Positions 18,168-28,272 are shown, numbered from the stretch's first letter. The stretch: DNA of 64,000 nucleotides from Gemmatimonadales bacterium (GCA_035280265.1 DATEGE010000147.1:7135-71134); one strand, 5' to 3'. Translations and numbers: made by a program. Notes: generated by a model from the letters alone, not told the origin.

Positions 18168-19208
18168 TTATGTCCGTTTCCCCTTGAGCAGCGCGCTCGC
18201 GAATTCGAGGGCGGTGTTGTAGCGCGCGTCAGGACTGGAGTCCATGGCGCGCGCCAGGGCTTTCTCGAGCGCCTCAGAGGCGTCGGCCCGAAGCTGGCGC
18301 AGCTTCAGCGGCTGGCCGCGCAGCCGCGCGATCATCATCTCTTGCGCGTTCCGGCCGTGGAACGGCAGCTTCCCGGTGAACATCTCGAAGGCGACGATCC
18401 CCAGGGCGTAGATGTCGGAGCGGGCATCGAGCTGCTTGCCCCGGATCTGCTCGGGACTCATGAACTCGGGTGTGCCGAGGATGATTCCCGTGGCGGTGAG
18501 CTTGGCGAGCTGCCCCTCGGCGCGGCGCTCCTTCGCCAGTCCGAAATCCATCACCACCGCGCGCGCGCCGCCGCCGTCCTCGTCGACCAGCATGATGTTT
18601 TCGGGCTTGAGATCGCGGTGCACGATCTGCAGCTCGTGGGCGTGGTGCAGCCCCGCGCATACCTGTCGCAGGATCTCGATGCCCGGGGCGAGGTCCATGG
18701 GCCCGCCCTTCACCTCGCGATCGGAGAGCAGCTCGCCCTTCAAAAAGGGCATCACGAGGTAGATGAGTCCGTCTTCCGACTCGCCGAGCCGCAGGATCCG
18801 GCAGACATTGGGATGGTCGAGGCGCATGGCGAGTCCGGCTTCGCGGCGCAGCCGCTCCACCGAGCTCCGGTCGGTCGCGAGCTTGGGGGACAGCACTTTG
18901 ATCGCCACCGAGTGCCCCGAATCCACCTCGCGCGCCAGGTAGACGTAGGACATCCCGCCCTCACCGAGCTTTTTCTGTACCTGGTAGCGCGCATCGAGGA
19001 CCTGGCCGGACAGCGAGGCGGCGCGGTCGAGCCCCGGCTTGGAGGCGGGGGGCGTGCGGACGGCGGTGCTACCGCCGCCGGGGGGCGGTTTCGCCGCGGG
19101 GCGCGGCGCCTTCGTTTGCAGCTCCATGAGCATGCTGCCGTCGCGGGGACAGAAGCGGGCGGTGTCGGTGTACACCGAGCCGCACTTAGGACAGCGGCGC
19201 TCACTCAT
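18168..19208 (-). CDS. Ser/Thr protein kinase with an N-terminal zinc ribbon
   Basis: The zinc ribbon is CPKCGSVYTDTARFCPRDG. Kinase motifs are LGEGGMSYVY, VAIKVL, HRDLKPENIM, DFGLAK and GTPEFMSPEQ. Confidence 0.9.
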   Translation of the reverse strand: MSERRCPKCGSVYTDTARFCPRDGSMLMELQTKAPRPAAKPPPGGGSTAVRTPPASKPGLDRAASLSGQVLDARYQVQKKLGEGGMSYVYLAREVDSGHSVAIKVLSPKLATDRSSVERLRREAGLAMRLDHPNVCRILRLGESEDGLIYLVMPFLKGELLSDREVKGGPMDLAPGIEILRQVCAGLHHAHELQIVHRDLKPENIMLVDEDGGGARAVVMDFGLAKERRAEGQLAKLTATGIILGTPEFMSPEQIRGKQLDARSDIYALGIVAFEMFTGKLPFHGRNAQEMMIARLRGQPLKLRQLRADASEALEKALARAMDSSPDARYNTALEFASALLKGKRT

Positions 19209-20641
19209 TGTCGGACCAAGTTGCGTCCTTCGTTCTTGGCCCGGTAGAGGGCCTGGTCGGCCAGCGCCACAAAGCTGTCGGCGCTCGTGACGCGGTCGTC
19301 GGGGAACGAGGCCAGGCCGATGGAGATGGTGAGGTTGAGCGCGTCGTCTCCCGGATCGGCGAAGTCGTGGCGCATTACGCGCCGCCGCAGCCGCTCGGCG
19401 AAGATGGCCGAGCCGTGCAGCGCCGTCTCGGGCATCACGACCACGAACTCCTCGCCGCCGTAGCGTGCGACCAGATCCACCGACCGCGCCTCGCGCCGCA
19501 GGATCTCGCCCACCTGGCGCAACACGGAATCGCCCGCGATATGGCCCCGCGTGTCGTTCACCAGCTTGAAGCGATCGATGTCCGCGAGCAGGATGGTGAG
19601 CGCGAGGTTGTAGCGCCGGGCGCGGTCGAGCTCCGCCTCGAGCTCCTCCGACAGGGCGCGCCGGTTCAGGCAGCCGGTGAGCGCGTCCGTGGCGGCGAGC
19701 TTTTCGAGCCGCTTCTTGTCCGAGACCGCGGTCTCGAAATCGTACGCCTTCTCGATCGCCGCCACCGCCGTGCGAATCACGGTTTCGGCAAACTGGGCGT
19801 CGGCGCGGGTCAGCGGCGGGTCCTCACCGGTGGTCCGCAGGAAAAAGACGCCGAGCTGCTGGTCTTTCATGGAGAAAGGGAGCGCCACCGCAGAGCGGGT
19901 GGGCACGGTGACCTGCTCGCGCTGCCAGCGCGCGCGCTCCTCGTGGTACAGGGGATCCGTCGCCACGTCCTCGACCAGCACGGGGCGGCTGCTGGTCAGC
20001 GCGCGCTGGATCTCCGGGTAGCGGCCGAGCTCGATCTGAAGGTTGCGCAGCATGGGGTTTTCGTACGCCGCCACCACCACGCCCAGCTGGTCGCCCGGCT
20101 TGGCGAGCACCATCGAGCACTTGGAGATCTGCAGCACGCGCGCCACCCGCCGCACCAGGATGTGGTAGATCTCGTCCGGCTTGAGCGAGTCCGTGACTTC
20201 GTGCAGGATGTCGACGATGGCGGCGCGGCTCTGCGCCTCGTCGCGCGTGCGCGCCAGCTCCTGCGCCGAGCGGATATGCGCCTTCACGCGCGCCAGCAGC
20301 TCACGCACGCGGAACGGCTTGGAGATGAAATCCGCCGCTCCCAGGCCGAGCGACTTGACCGTCGCCTCTTCGGGCGGCATCGACGAGATCATCAGCACCG
20401 GCACATCCCGGAAGCGATCGTCCCCCTTCATCTTCGCCAACAGCTGCAGGCCGTCGACCTTCGGCATCATGATGTCGAGCAACAGCAGGTTGGGCCGCTC
20501 CTCCTCGAGCTTGCCGATCAGGCCCTCGCCGCCGGGCGCGATGACGACCTCGTACCCGTTCTCCTTGAGGATCCAGGTGAGGGTGCGCACCAACGACTGG
20601 TCGTCGTCGGCAACCAGGATCTTCGCGGCGGGCTCGCTCAT
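19205..20641 (-). CDS. response regulator receiver-GAF-GGDEF diguanylate cyclase
   Basis: The REC domain has ILVADDD...LLLLDIMMPKVDG. A GAF-like middle region follows. The GGDEF domain has RYGGEEFVVVM with RSVD (an RxxD I-site) five residues upstream. Its stop overlaps the kinase ATG (ATGA). Confidence 0.9.
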   Translation of the reverse strand: MSEPAAKILVADDDQSLVRTLTWILKENGYEVVIAPGGEGLIGKLEEERPNLLLLDIMMPKVDGLQLLAKMKGDDRFRDVPVLMISSMPPEEATVKSLGLGAADFISKPFRVRELLARVKAHIRSAQELARTRDEAQSRAAIVDILHEVTDSLKPDEIYHILVRRVARVLQISKCSMVLAKPGDQLGVVVAAYENPMLRNLQIELGRYPEIQRALTSSRPVLVEDVATDPLYHEERARWQREQVTVPTRSAVALPFSMKDQQLGVFFLRTTGEDPPLTRADAQFAETVIRTAVAAIEKAYDFETAVSDKKRLEKLAATDALTGCLNRRALSEELEAELDRARRYNLALTILLADIDRFKLVNDTRGHIAGDSVLRQVGEILRREARSVDLVARYGGEEFVVVMPETALHGSAIFAERLRRRVMRHDFADPGDDALNLTISIGLASFPDDRVTSADSFVALADQALYRAKNEGRNLVRQ

Positions 20642-20648
20642 GCGCGCT

Positions 20649-21578
20649 TCAGTCCTCCAGCAGCGAGGGATCGACGTTGCCGCCGCTCACCACGAGCACG
20701 GTCGGCGGGATGGGGTGAACAGCGCCGGACCGTACCGCGGCCGTCGTCGCTGCGCCCGACGGCTCCACCGCCAAACGACATTCGCGCCACAGGAAATGCA
20801 CTGCGTCGCGCAGTGCATCATCGTCCACGAGCGCTACCCCCGCCACGCGGTCGCGGTGCGCCACGAGCTGGGCGAACGGTATCGCGCCCACGGTGAGTGT
20901 GATCAGCCCGTCGGCGATGCTCGCGGTACGATCGAGCCGCACGGGCCGACCCACCGCGAGCGAGCGCTGGAGCTTGGGCGCGCCGGCGGGCTCAACGCCC
21001 CACACGTGGGCCGCGCTTCCTCCCGCGGCCAGTCCCGTCACCACTCCCGCGATCAGACCCCCTCCGCCGACCGGCACCACGACCGTTCGCGCGTCCGGGA
21101 GCTCCTCGGCAATCTCGAGGCCGAGGGTCGCCTGTCCCGCGACGATGTCGGGATGGTCGAACGGCGGCACGATCGCGAGGCCGTCCTGCCGCGCGATCTC
21201 CTCCGCCTGCCGCTGGCGGTCCTCCGACGTGCGACCCGCGAAGACCACTTCTCCGCCCCACTTCCTCACACCCGCGACCTTCACCGCCGGCGCCGTCTCG
21301 GGCATCACGACCAGCGCCCGTACGCCCACGCGCTGCGCCGCGTACGCGACTGCCTGCCCGTGATTCCCGCTGGAGTAGGTGATGACTCCATTGCGCCTTG
21401 CGATCTGCGGCAGCCGACTGACGGCGATATACGCCCCCCGGAGCTTGAACGCACCGACCGGTTGTAGGCTCTCGAGCTTCAGGTAGGCGTTGAGCGGCTC
21501 CACAAAGCGCAGCGGCGTCCGCACCGCCACGCCCGCGAGTCCCTCAGCCGCGTCCCGCACGTCCCCGGCTGTCACCAC
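20649..21578 (-). CDS. PLP-dependent threonine/serine dehydratase (no regulatory domain)
   Basis: Motifs are ESLQPVGAFKLRGA (PLP Lys), SSGNHGQAVAYAA and VPVGGGGLIAG. A GTG start at 21578/21575 lies immediately after the gyrA stop. Confidence 0.8.
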   Translation of the reverse strand: MVTAGDVRDAAEGLAGVAVRTPLRFVEPLNAYLKLESLQPVGAFKLRGAYIAVSRLPQIARRNGVITYSSGNHGQAVAYAAQRVGVRALVVMPETAPAVKVAGVRKWGGEVVFAGRTSEDRQRQAEEIARQDGLAIVPPFDHPDIVAGQATLGLEIAEELPDARTVVVPVGGGGLIAGVVTGLAAGGSAAHVWGVEPAGAPKLQRSLAVGRPVRLDRTASIADGLITLTVGAIPFAQLVAHRDRVAGVALVDDDALRDAVHFLWRECRLAVEPSGAATTAAVRSGAVHPIPPTVLVVSGGNVDPSLLED

Positions 21579-21579
21579 G

Positions 21580-24153
21580 CTACTTCTTCCTTTTCTTCTT
21601 GCCGCCCGACTTGGCTTTCTCCGCGGCCTTCCGAGGTGCTCGGGGTTTGCCGGGCGTCGCAGCCTTGCCGGCCGGCTTGGGTGCGTCATCGTCTCCGCCG
21701 TCCTCTTCGCCGTCGTCAGCTTCGTCTTCTTTCACCACTCGGGCCACGTCCACCACGAGATCACCGGGCGTGAGATTCATGATCTTCACCCCCTGGGTGT
21801 TGCGGCCGGAGACGCGGATGCCTTCGACCGGCACCCGGATCATGATCCCCTTCTTGGTGATCATCATCAGCTCGTCTTCGGGGAGGACCTCCTTGAGCGC
21901 CACGATGTCGCCGGTCTTGTCGGAGCGCTTCAACGTGATGATGCCGCGGCCGCCGCGATGCTGCACCCGGTACTCGTCGAGCTCGGAGCGCTTCCCCATG
22001 CCCCTCTCCGTCACGGTGAGCAGGGTGGACTTACGGCGCACGACCACCATGTCGATCACCTGGTCCTTCTTGTCGAGCTCGATGCCCTTCACGCCGGTGG
22101 CGGTACGCCCCATGTCGCGCACGTCCTTCTCGTGGAATCGGATGCTCATACCGTGGCGGGTGGCCAGGACGATATCATTGCGGCCGTCGGTCACCTGCAC
22201 GTCGATCAGCTCGTCGCCCTTCTCGACGTTGATGGCGCGGATCCCCACCGATCGAGGATTGCCGAACTCCGACAGCCGGGTCTTCTTGACCACGCCGTCC
22301 TTGGTCGCGAACAACAGGTACTGATCCTCGGAGAACTCGCGCACCGGCACGAGCGAGGCGAGGCGCTCGTCGGGCTTCATCGCGATGCAGGAGATGATCG
22401 GCTTGCCGCGCGCCGCCCGCGCTGCCTGCGGGATCTCGTGCACCTTGAGCCAGTAGCACTGCCCCTGACGCGTGAAGAACATCACGTAGTCGTGGGTCGA
22501 GGCGATGAACAGGTGCTCGACCCAGTCGTCTTCTTTGGTGTGCGCGGAGATCACGCCCTTGCCGCCGCGCCGCTGGCGGCGGTAGGCCGAGACCGGCAGC
22601 CGCTTGATGTACCCGGCGTGGGACACGGTGATCACCATGTCCTCTTCCGCAATCAGGTCCTCGATCGAGAACTCGCCCTGATCGGCTACGATCTCGGTGC
22701 GGCGCTCGTCACCGAAGCCGTGCCCCAGCTCCGACAGCTCCTCCTTGAGGATCTTCAGCCGGCGCGGCTTCGAGGCGAGGATCTCCTTGCACTCCTTGAT
22801 GAACTTGCGGACCTCCTTGAGCTCCTCCTCGAGCTTGGTGATCTCGAGGGCGGTAAGCCGGGCGAGCCGCATGTTGAGGATCTCCGCCGACTGCTTCTCC
22901 GACAGCTTGAACCGCTTGCGCAGCGCCGCGTCCGCCGTGGGCGCGTCCTTCGACTTGCGGATGATCTTCACCACTTCGTCGATGTTGTCGACGGCGATCT
23001 TCAGGCCTTCGAGGATGTGCTCGCGGTCCTGGGCGCGCTGCAGCTCGAATTCCGTGCGGCGGGTGATGACGGTGTGGCGGTGCTCGATGAAGTGCTCGAG
23101 CAGCTCCTTCAGGTTCATCTCCCGTGGCGCGCCATCCACCAGGGCGAGCATGATCGCCCCGAAGGTCACCTGCATCTGGGTGTGCGTGTAGAGCTGGTTC
23201 AGGACGACCATCGGCACCGCGTCTCGCTTCAGCTCGATCACCACGCGGATGCCTTCCTTGTCGGACTCGTTCCGCAGGTCGGCGATCCCCTCGAGCTTCT
23301 TCGCGACCACCAGGTCGCGGATTTGCTCGATGACACGGTCGGGGGAGACCTGGTACGGGAATTCGGTCACGACGATCTGCTGGCGTCCCGTCGACTCCTT
23401 CTCTTCGGCGGTGGCGCGGGCGCGGATCACGATGCGGCCGCGGCCTTTCTCGTAGCACTCCTTGATGCCCTCCCGGCCGTAGATGATCGCGCCGGTCGGA
23501 AAATCTGGACCCTTGATGAACTTGCGGAGATCCTTGACCGTGGCGTCGGGGTGGTCGACGAGGTGATTGATCGCCTCGACCGTCTCACCGAGGTTGTGCG
23601 ATGGAATGTTGGTCGCCATCCCGACCGCGATGCCCGCCGTCCCGTTGACGATGAGATTCGGGAGCCGCGCGGGGAGAACCGTTGGCTCCTGCAGGCGGTC
23701 GTCGAAATTCGGGACGAAATCGACGGTGCGCTTGTCGATGTCCTCGAGCATCGTCAGCGCGATCCGCGTGAGGCGCGCTTCGGTGTAGCGGTAGGCGGCG
23801 GCGGGATCGCCGTCCACCGAGCCGAAGTTTCCCTGCCCGTCGACCAGCGGGTAGCGCAGGGAGAAGTCCTGCACCATGCGCACCAGGGAGTCGTACAGCG
23901 CGACGTCGCCGTGGGGATGGTATTTGCCGAGCACGTCGCCCACGACGGTGGCGCTTTTCTTGTAAGGACGGCCGGGCACGAGACCCAGCTCGTTCATCGC
24001 GTACAGGATCCGGCGGTGCACGGGCTTCAGCCCGTCGCGCACGTCCGGGAGGGCGCGCGCGACGATCACGCTCATCGAATAGTCGAGAAAGGACTCCTTC
24101 AGCTCGTCTTCGATGAGCCGGGGCAGGATGCGTTCGCGGGTCGGTGCGGTCAT
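21580..24153 (-). CDS. gyrA: DNA gyrase subunit A
   Basis: 857 aa. Motifs are [21 protein letters not shown] and GKYHPHGD...AYRYTE (active-site Tyr region), followed by the C-terminal beta-pinwheel repeats. The tail is acidic and then Lys-rich. Confidence 0.97.
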   Translation of the reverse strand: MTAPTRERILPRLIEDELKESFLDYSMSVIVARALPDVRDGLKPVHRRILYAMNELGLVPGRPYKKSATVVGDVLGKYHPHGDVALYDSLVRMVQDFSLRYPLVDGQGNFGSVDGDPAAAYRYTEARLTRIALTMLEDIDKRTVDFVPNFDDRLQEPTVLPARLPNLIVNGTAGIAVGMATNIPSHNLGETVEAINHLVDHPDATVKDLRKFIKGPDFPTGAIIYGREGIKECYEKGRGRIVIRARATAEEKESTGRQQIVVTEFPYQVSPDRVIEQIRDLVVAKKLEGIADLRNESDKEGIRVVIELKRDAVPMVVLNQLYTHTQMQVTFGAIMLALVDGAPREMNLKELLEHFIEHRHTVITRRTEFELQRAQDREHILEGLKIAVDNIDEVVKIIRKSKDAPTADAALRKRFKLSEKQSAEILNMRLARLTALEITKLEEELKEVRKFIKECKEILASKPRRLKILKEELSELGHGFGDERRTEIVADQGEFSIEDLIAEEDMVITVSHAGYIKRLPVSAYRRQRRGGKGVISAHTKEDDWVEHLFIASTHDYVMFFTRQGQCYWLKVHEIPQAARAARGKPIISCIAMKPDERLASLVPVREFSEDQYLLFATKDGVVKKTRLSEFGNPRSVGIRAINVEKGDELIDVQVTDGRNDIVLATRHGMSIRFHEKDVRDMGRTATGVKGIELDKKDQVIDMVVVRRKSTLLTVTERGMGKRSELDEYRVQHRGGRGIITLKRSDKTGDIVALKEVLPEDELMMITKKGIMIRVPVEGIRVSGRNTQGVKIMNLTPGDLVVDVARVVKEDEADDGEEDGGDDDAPKPAGKAATPGKPRAPRKAAEKAKSGGKKKRKK

Positions 24154-24162
24154 TAAGCGTGA

Positions 24163-24194
24163 CTAGGGGCTAGGGACCAGGTTAGGGACCTAAG
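24163..24194. repeat. TAGGGRC / GTCCCTA heptamer array in the gyrA 5' leader
   Basis: The plus strand reads CTAGGGG CTAGGGA CCAGG TTAGGGA CCTAAG. On the gyrA coding strand this is GGTCCCTAACCTGGTCCCTAGCCCCTAG, ending 9 nt before the ATG. Confidence 0.6.
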
Positions 24195-24201
24195 TTCCCC
24201 A

Positions 24202-24230
24202 AAAATAAACACTTAGCATGGGAAAGGCAA
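24202..24230 (-). promoter_or_regulatory. putative sigma-70-type promoter of gyrA
   Basis: The minus strand reads TTGCCT-17 nt-TATTTT in an AT-rich island, about 50 nt upstream of the gyrA ATG. Confidence 0.5.
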
Positions 24231-24324
24231 CGGAAACACGACCGCTAAACGGCCCTCAGGATGGCACTTACGAGGCCGGCGTCGAAAGGGTTGACGTTCG
24301 GTTGATGGGTCGCGGGTACGATAT

Positions 24325-24439
24325 CCTGAGGCTGAAGCCTGGGCTCGGCCCGCACGGTGCTGGAGCACAGTGAGCGAAGCGGCGTCGTGAGCGGCGTTCT
24401 TCGGGCTGTGTCCGCCGAGTACCCAGGCTGAAGCCTCGG
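24325..24439. other. about 115-nt highly structured intergenic element (candidate sRNA, REP-like pair or mRNA 3' structure)
   Basis: Two copies of CCYRAGGCTGAAGCCTSGG (24325-43 and 24422-39) can each fold or pair with one another. They enclose the nested stems CTCGGC/GCCGAG, GTGC-tgga-GCAC, CACAG/CTGTG and CGAAG/CTTCG. Confidence 0.5.
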
Positions 24440-24472
24440 TCCTAGCCCACAATAGCATTTCCGCCCAACCAC

Positions 24473-25519
24473 TCACGGCGCGACGGACACGGCGATTTTC
24501 CCGAGTTGCTCGCCTCGCTCCAGACGCTCGAACGCCCCTCGTGCCTCGGTGAACTGAAACACCCGATCAATAATCGGACGCAGCTCGCCAGTGCTCAGCA
24601 CGTGCACGACCTCTCGATACTCAGCCTCGTTGCCCATGGTGGAGCCCATCAGGGTCCACTGATACCAGAACAGCCGGCGCAGATCGACCGTGACCTTGGG
24701 GCCGGTGGTCGCGCCGCACGTGACGAGCCGCCCGCCGCGACCGAGCGAGCGCAGCGACTCGTCCCAAGTCGCTTCACCCACGTTTTCGACGACGACGTCG
24801 GCGCCGCGCTTCTGGGTGAGCGTGCGGACCGCCTGAGAGACCTTCTCGCTGCGGTGGTTGAGGGCCACGTCCGCGCCGAGGCGGCGTGCGTGCTCAAGCT
24901 TCGCGTCATCCGACGACGTGACGATCACGCGCGCCCCCTTGAGCTTCGCGATCCGCATAGCCGTGAGCGACACGCCGCCGCCGATCCCCCAAACGAGCAC
25001 CGTTTCCCCCGGCTGCACCTTGGCACGCGTTACCACCATGCGCCACGCCGTGAGCGTCACCAGGGAAAACGCCGCCGCTTCCGCCCATGTGATGGGCGGA
25101 ACGAATGTCGGGATGATGGCGACATTCTGCTCTGGCACGACGACGTACTGCGCCATCGTGCCGGGTAGGTGCTCGCCCAGGATGCGATAGTTCACGCACA
25201 GCGAGTGCTCTCCGGCGCGGCAGTACTCGCAGCTGTAGTCGGCGATCCCCGGATTGATCATCACGCGGTCGCCCGGCTTGACCGAGCGGACGCCCGCGCC
25301 GACCGCATCGACGATGCCCGCGGCGTCAGCCCCGACGACGTGGGGAAACTGGTACTCGTGCGACAGTCCCCGCACGACGAAGAGATCGAGGTGGTTGAGG
25401 GCCGCGGCGCGCACGGCGATCCGGACGGCGCCCGGCGCCGGTGGATCGGGCGGGTCGGGGACGTCGGAGAGTTGCAGCTGATCGAGGCCGCCGGTGCCGC
25501 GGATCACCCAGGCGCGCAT
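24473..25519 (-). CDS. zinc-type alcohol dehydrogenase / quinone oxidoreductase (MDR superfamily)
   Basis: 348 aa. It shows the MDR pattern: GADAAGIVDAVG, CEYCRAGEHSLC, and the GIGGGVS Rossmann motif. Confidence 0.8.
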   Translation of the reverse strand: MRAWVIRGTGGLDQLQLSDVPDPPDPPAPGAVRIAVRAAALNHLDLFVVRGLSHEYQFPHVVGADAAGIVDAVGAGVRSVKPGDRVMINPGIADYSCEYCRAGEHSLCVNYRILGEHLPGTMAQYVVVPEQNVAIIPTFVPPITWAEAAAFSLVTLTAWRMVVTRAKVQPGETVLVWGIGGGVSLTAMRIAKLKGARVIVTSSDDAKLEHARRLGADVALNHRSEKVSQAVRTLTQKRGADVVVENVGEATWDESLRSLGRGGRLVTCGATTGPKVTVDLRRLFWYQWTLMGSTMGNEAEYREVVHVLSTGELRPIIDRVFQFTEARGAFERLERGEQLGKIAVSVAP

Positions 25520-25539
25520 CGGAGGGGCGGGGGGCGCCG

Positions 25540-27864
25540 CTACGGCATGAAGGCGGGAGACACCATCTGTTCGGCGCCGGTCGTGGGAATCGGTACGGGC
25601 GCGCCTCCGCCGCCCGTCCCCACCGGCTGGACGTACACTCTGAAGGTGTTCTTCTGCACCGCCACGACGAGGCCGAGCAGATCGCCTCCGAGTGAGACCG
25701 CGAAGTCCGACACGACGAGGTCTGTCGTCGTCAGCGGCGTCACCTTACCGGTCGTGAGGTCGGCCTTCACGACCTGAGTGACGTTGCGGCCCGATTCCTT
25801 CTGCTCGATCAGATACGCGAGTGAGCCGTCGCGCAAGAAATGCGGCGCACTCTCCTTGGTTTGCTGGCCGCGGGTCACGGCCCGCTGGTTGGTGCCGTCC
25901 TTGGCCATGAGCCAGATGTGCGGGTTCCCCTCCCGGGTCGAGACGAAGGCAATCGTCTCGCCGTCGGGCGACATCGTGGGTTGGAAGTTGTCGGCGGGCT
26001 CCTGCGTCAACTGGGCCGCGTCGGAGCTGGTGATCGGTTGCACGAAAATCTGACGATGACCCGTGCGTTGCGAGTGGTACACGACTGCCTGGCCGTCGGC
26101 CGTGAAGGACGCGTCCCCGTCGGCTGCCGGAGAGTTCGTGAGACGCGACACATCCGTGCCGTCGGCGTCCATGAGGTAGATCTCGGATTGCGCGTCCCGG
26201 GTCGATGTGAAGACGATGCGCGAGCCGTCAGGAGAGAACGCCGGCTCGCTGGCCACCGCGGGGTCGTCCATCACCTTGCGGAGCTGCGCCAGGTTCGACC
26301 GTTCCGCTGCATACAGCTGGAACCGGCCGCTGCGCGAGCTGGCGAGGACGAGCTCGCCCTGGACAAAGATCTCGGTGGTAACGCGGCGCCCACTTGGACC
26401 GCTCGCGGTGATCCGAGCGTGGCCGTACGCCATCGCGGACACGGTGCCGTCGTCCGCCACGCTCGCCACCTGCGGGTTGTCGGACGCCCATGTCACGCCC
26501 GTGGCCGGCTCGATGACGGCACCCGCCTCATCGGCGAAGCTCGCTTTGAGCGGCAGACGCCGCCCCAGCGGAAGCCCCGCCCGCGCCGCGGACAGCTTCA
26601 GCCCCGCAGCGATGACACGCACTTGCCAAGTGACGACGAGCCCCGCCCCAGGGCCTTTCACGGCCAACGTCGTCCGGCCCGCCTTCTTCCCGGTCAGCAG
26701 GCCGCTCGCGGCATCGAAGCTGGCGAGCGACGTGTCCCCTACCGTCCAGCGCAGTGGCGCCTCCGCCACCGCACTCTTGTCCGCGGCGAGCGCCTGGACC
26801 TGGAATCGTGCCGTCCCTTGAATCGGCAACGGGATCTCGCTCTTGGAGGTGGGCAACACCGCGAGCGCCTCTACGGTCTTGTGCACCACCACCTCGACCG
26901 TCTTGGTCTGCAGCAGGCCGCTGACGGTGACCGATGTCCGTCCGGGAGCGACGGCTGTGACGATACCTGTGAGGGTCACGCGCGCGATACCCGGATCTGC
27001 GGCGGACCACTGCAACGCGAGCGGGCTCACCAATCGCCCACCTTGCCCCGGCACGACCACGTGCATGGTGTCGATGTCACCGGGCGAAAGGATCACGGGC
27101 ACCTGCTCTTCGATGGCGAGGTCACTGGGCTGCACGACCACGGGAGCGGTTGCGGTGAGTCCGTTGGCGCTCGTGACCTGCACCGTGCCTTGCCCGGGCG
27201 TCAAGGCGACCACGACGCCGTTCTGGTCCACGCTCGCAATGTCGGGACGCAGCGACTTCCAAGTCACCACGACCGGCGCCGCGGGCGAACCGTCATCCTT
27301 GAGCGCGCGGGGCGATACACGCGTGTTCTCCGAGGGGAGGAGATAGATCGTTGGTGGCTCGATCCGCAGAACCGCGGCCGGCCCGGTGCCCGGCGGCTGG
27401 CCGGCCAACCCGTCGGGAGTGGTGGGAGCTCCCGGTGGCGCCGACTCCCCCGTCGGTCGCGCGGTAGGGCTCGCACCCGGCTGCCCGGCGCCCCCACCCG
27501 CGGGTGGAGCGCCGAGGACCTGCACGGCGGCTTGCCCCTTGCGCGCGCCGACGCGAGCCTCGACGATCGCCACCCCGCCGGCGATCCCCGTCACCGTGCC
27601 CTGGTTGTCGACCTTCGCGACCGCGACATTGTTGGACGACCAGATGACGCGCACCGTGGGGATCACGTTGCCGACGCGGTCGAACGCGGTGGCGAGCAAA
27701 CCGCTGCGCTCCCCGATCTTGATCGTGACGGACGGTGGGGCGACCTGCACCTCGGCGACGTTTTGGGCGAGGGTGGCGCCGGGGTAGAGGATCGCCCCTA
27801 CAAGAAGGCCGCTCCGGAGCGTCATAGGCGCGCGAACGTAAATCCTCGTAAGTGCCGTTGTCAA
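25540..27864 (-). CDS. secreted protein with several Big_2-like Ig domains and a C-terminal TolB-like (PD40) propeller
   Basis: It has repeated ~90-aa units (V..V.V.P......G....L.A...D..G) and C-terminal motifs FSPDGSRIVFTS, FTADGQAVVYHS and MSPDGETIAFVS. The start may be the ATG at 27825 (MTLRSGLLVGAILYPGATLAQ). Confidence 0.75.
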   Translation of the reverse strand: MTTALTRIYVRAPMTLRSGLLVGAILYPGATLAQNVAEVQVAPPSVTIKIGERSGLLATAFDRVGNVIPTVRVIWSSNNVAVAKVDNQGTVTGIAGGVAIVEARVGARKGQAAVQVLGAPPAGGGAGQPGASPTARPTGESAPPGAPTTPDGLAGQPPGTGPAAVLRIEPPTIYLLPSENTRVSPRALKDDGSPAAPVVVTWKSLRPDIASVDQNGVVVALTPGQGTVQVTSANGLTATAPVVVQPSDLAIEEQVPVILSPGDIDTMHVVVPGQGGRLVSPLALQWSAADPGIARVTLTGIVTAVAPGRTSVTVSGLLQTKTVEVVVHKTVEALAVLPTSKSEIPLPIQGTARFQVQALAADKSAVAEAPLRWTVGDTSLASFDAASGLLTGKKAGRTTLAVKGPGAGLVVTWQVRVIAAGLKLSAARAGLPLGRRLPLKASFADEAGAVIEPATGVTWASDNPQVASVADDGTVSAMAYGHARITASGPSGRRVTTEIFVQGELVLASSRSGRFQLYAAERSNLAQLRKVMDDPAVASEPAFSPDGSRIVFTSTRDAQSEIYLMDADGTDVSRLTNSPAADGDASFTADGQAVVYHSQRTGHRQIFVQPITSSDAAQLTQEPADNFQPTMSPDGETIAFVSTREGNPHIWLMAKDGTNQRAVTRGQQTKESAPHFLRDGSLAYLIEQKESGRNVTQVVKADLTTGKVTPLTTTDLVVSDFAVSLGGDLLGLVVAVQKNTFRVYVQPVGTGGGGAPVPIPTTGAEQMVSPAFMP

Positions 27865-27996
27865 GCTAACTTGTCACCGAAGTTCCGGTCTTGCGGGGCG
27901 CTCGCTGCAGGTGCGTCCGGTCCACTTGCGTGACAGCATTCCCAAGGTAAGCTATAGGCCACGCCCACCGACAACCAGCAGAGGAGAGATCGTCCG

Positions 27997-28254
27997 ATGC
28001 TCGAGCCAACCGATTTTTCGGAGAGCAGCTGGCCTGGTTCCGGGATGATGGAGCCGATGTACCCGCCGGCCCCCCCGACGCCGCCCACGCCCTCGCCGAT
28101 GATGCGCGAGCCGATGGCGCCAAAGCCGAAGCCGGCAAAGAAGCGCAAACCGTCGCGCCCGAAAGCGAAAAAGAAGGCCGCGAAGCGGCGGCCCAAGGCC
28201 AAGGCGAAGCGGGGCGGAAAGCGGAAGAAGGCGGCGAAGAAGCGCCGCCGGTAG
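27997..28254 (+). CDS. small Pro-rich/Lys-Arg-rich basic protein (histone H1-like tail)
   Basis: 85 aa ending KPKPAKKRKPSRPKAKKKAAKRRPKAKAKRGGKRKKAAKKRRR. AGAGGAGAG lies 8-10 nt before the ATG, and a strong hairpin follows 19 nt after the stop. Confidence 0.6.
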   Translation: MLEPTDFSESSWPGSGMMEPMYPPAPPTPPTPSPMMREPMAPKPKPAKKRKPSRPKAKKKAAKRRPKAKAKRGGKRKKAAKKRRR

Positions 28255-28272
28255 GTCGATCTCGACGTGACA

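Noticed and set aside
21490-24156. An 888-aa ORF on the plus strand opposite gyrA. There are similar long antisense ORFs at 5691-7208, 25840-27933, 60259-62385, 62400-63920 and 19208-20896.
   Set aside because: These are typical high-GC shadow ORFs. They are Arg/Ala/Gly/Pro/His-rich low-complexity translations with no recognisable motif. Each lies opposite a gene with unambiguous conserved motifs.
24213-24476. Small minus-strand ORFs (87 and 75 aa) in the gyrA upstream gap.
   Set aside because: They have no SD or motif. Their sequence is dominated by the palindromic repeats, and the two ORFs overlap each other in different frames. The region is better explained as noncoding structure.
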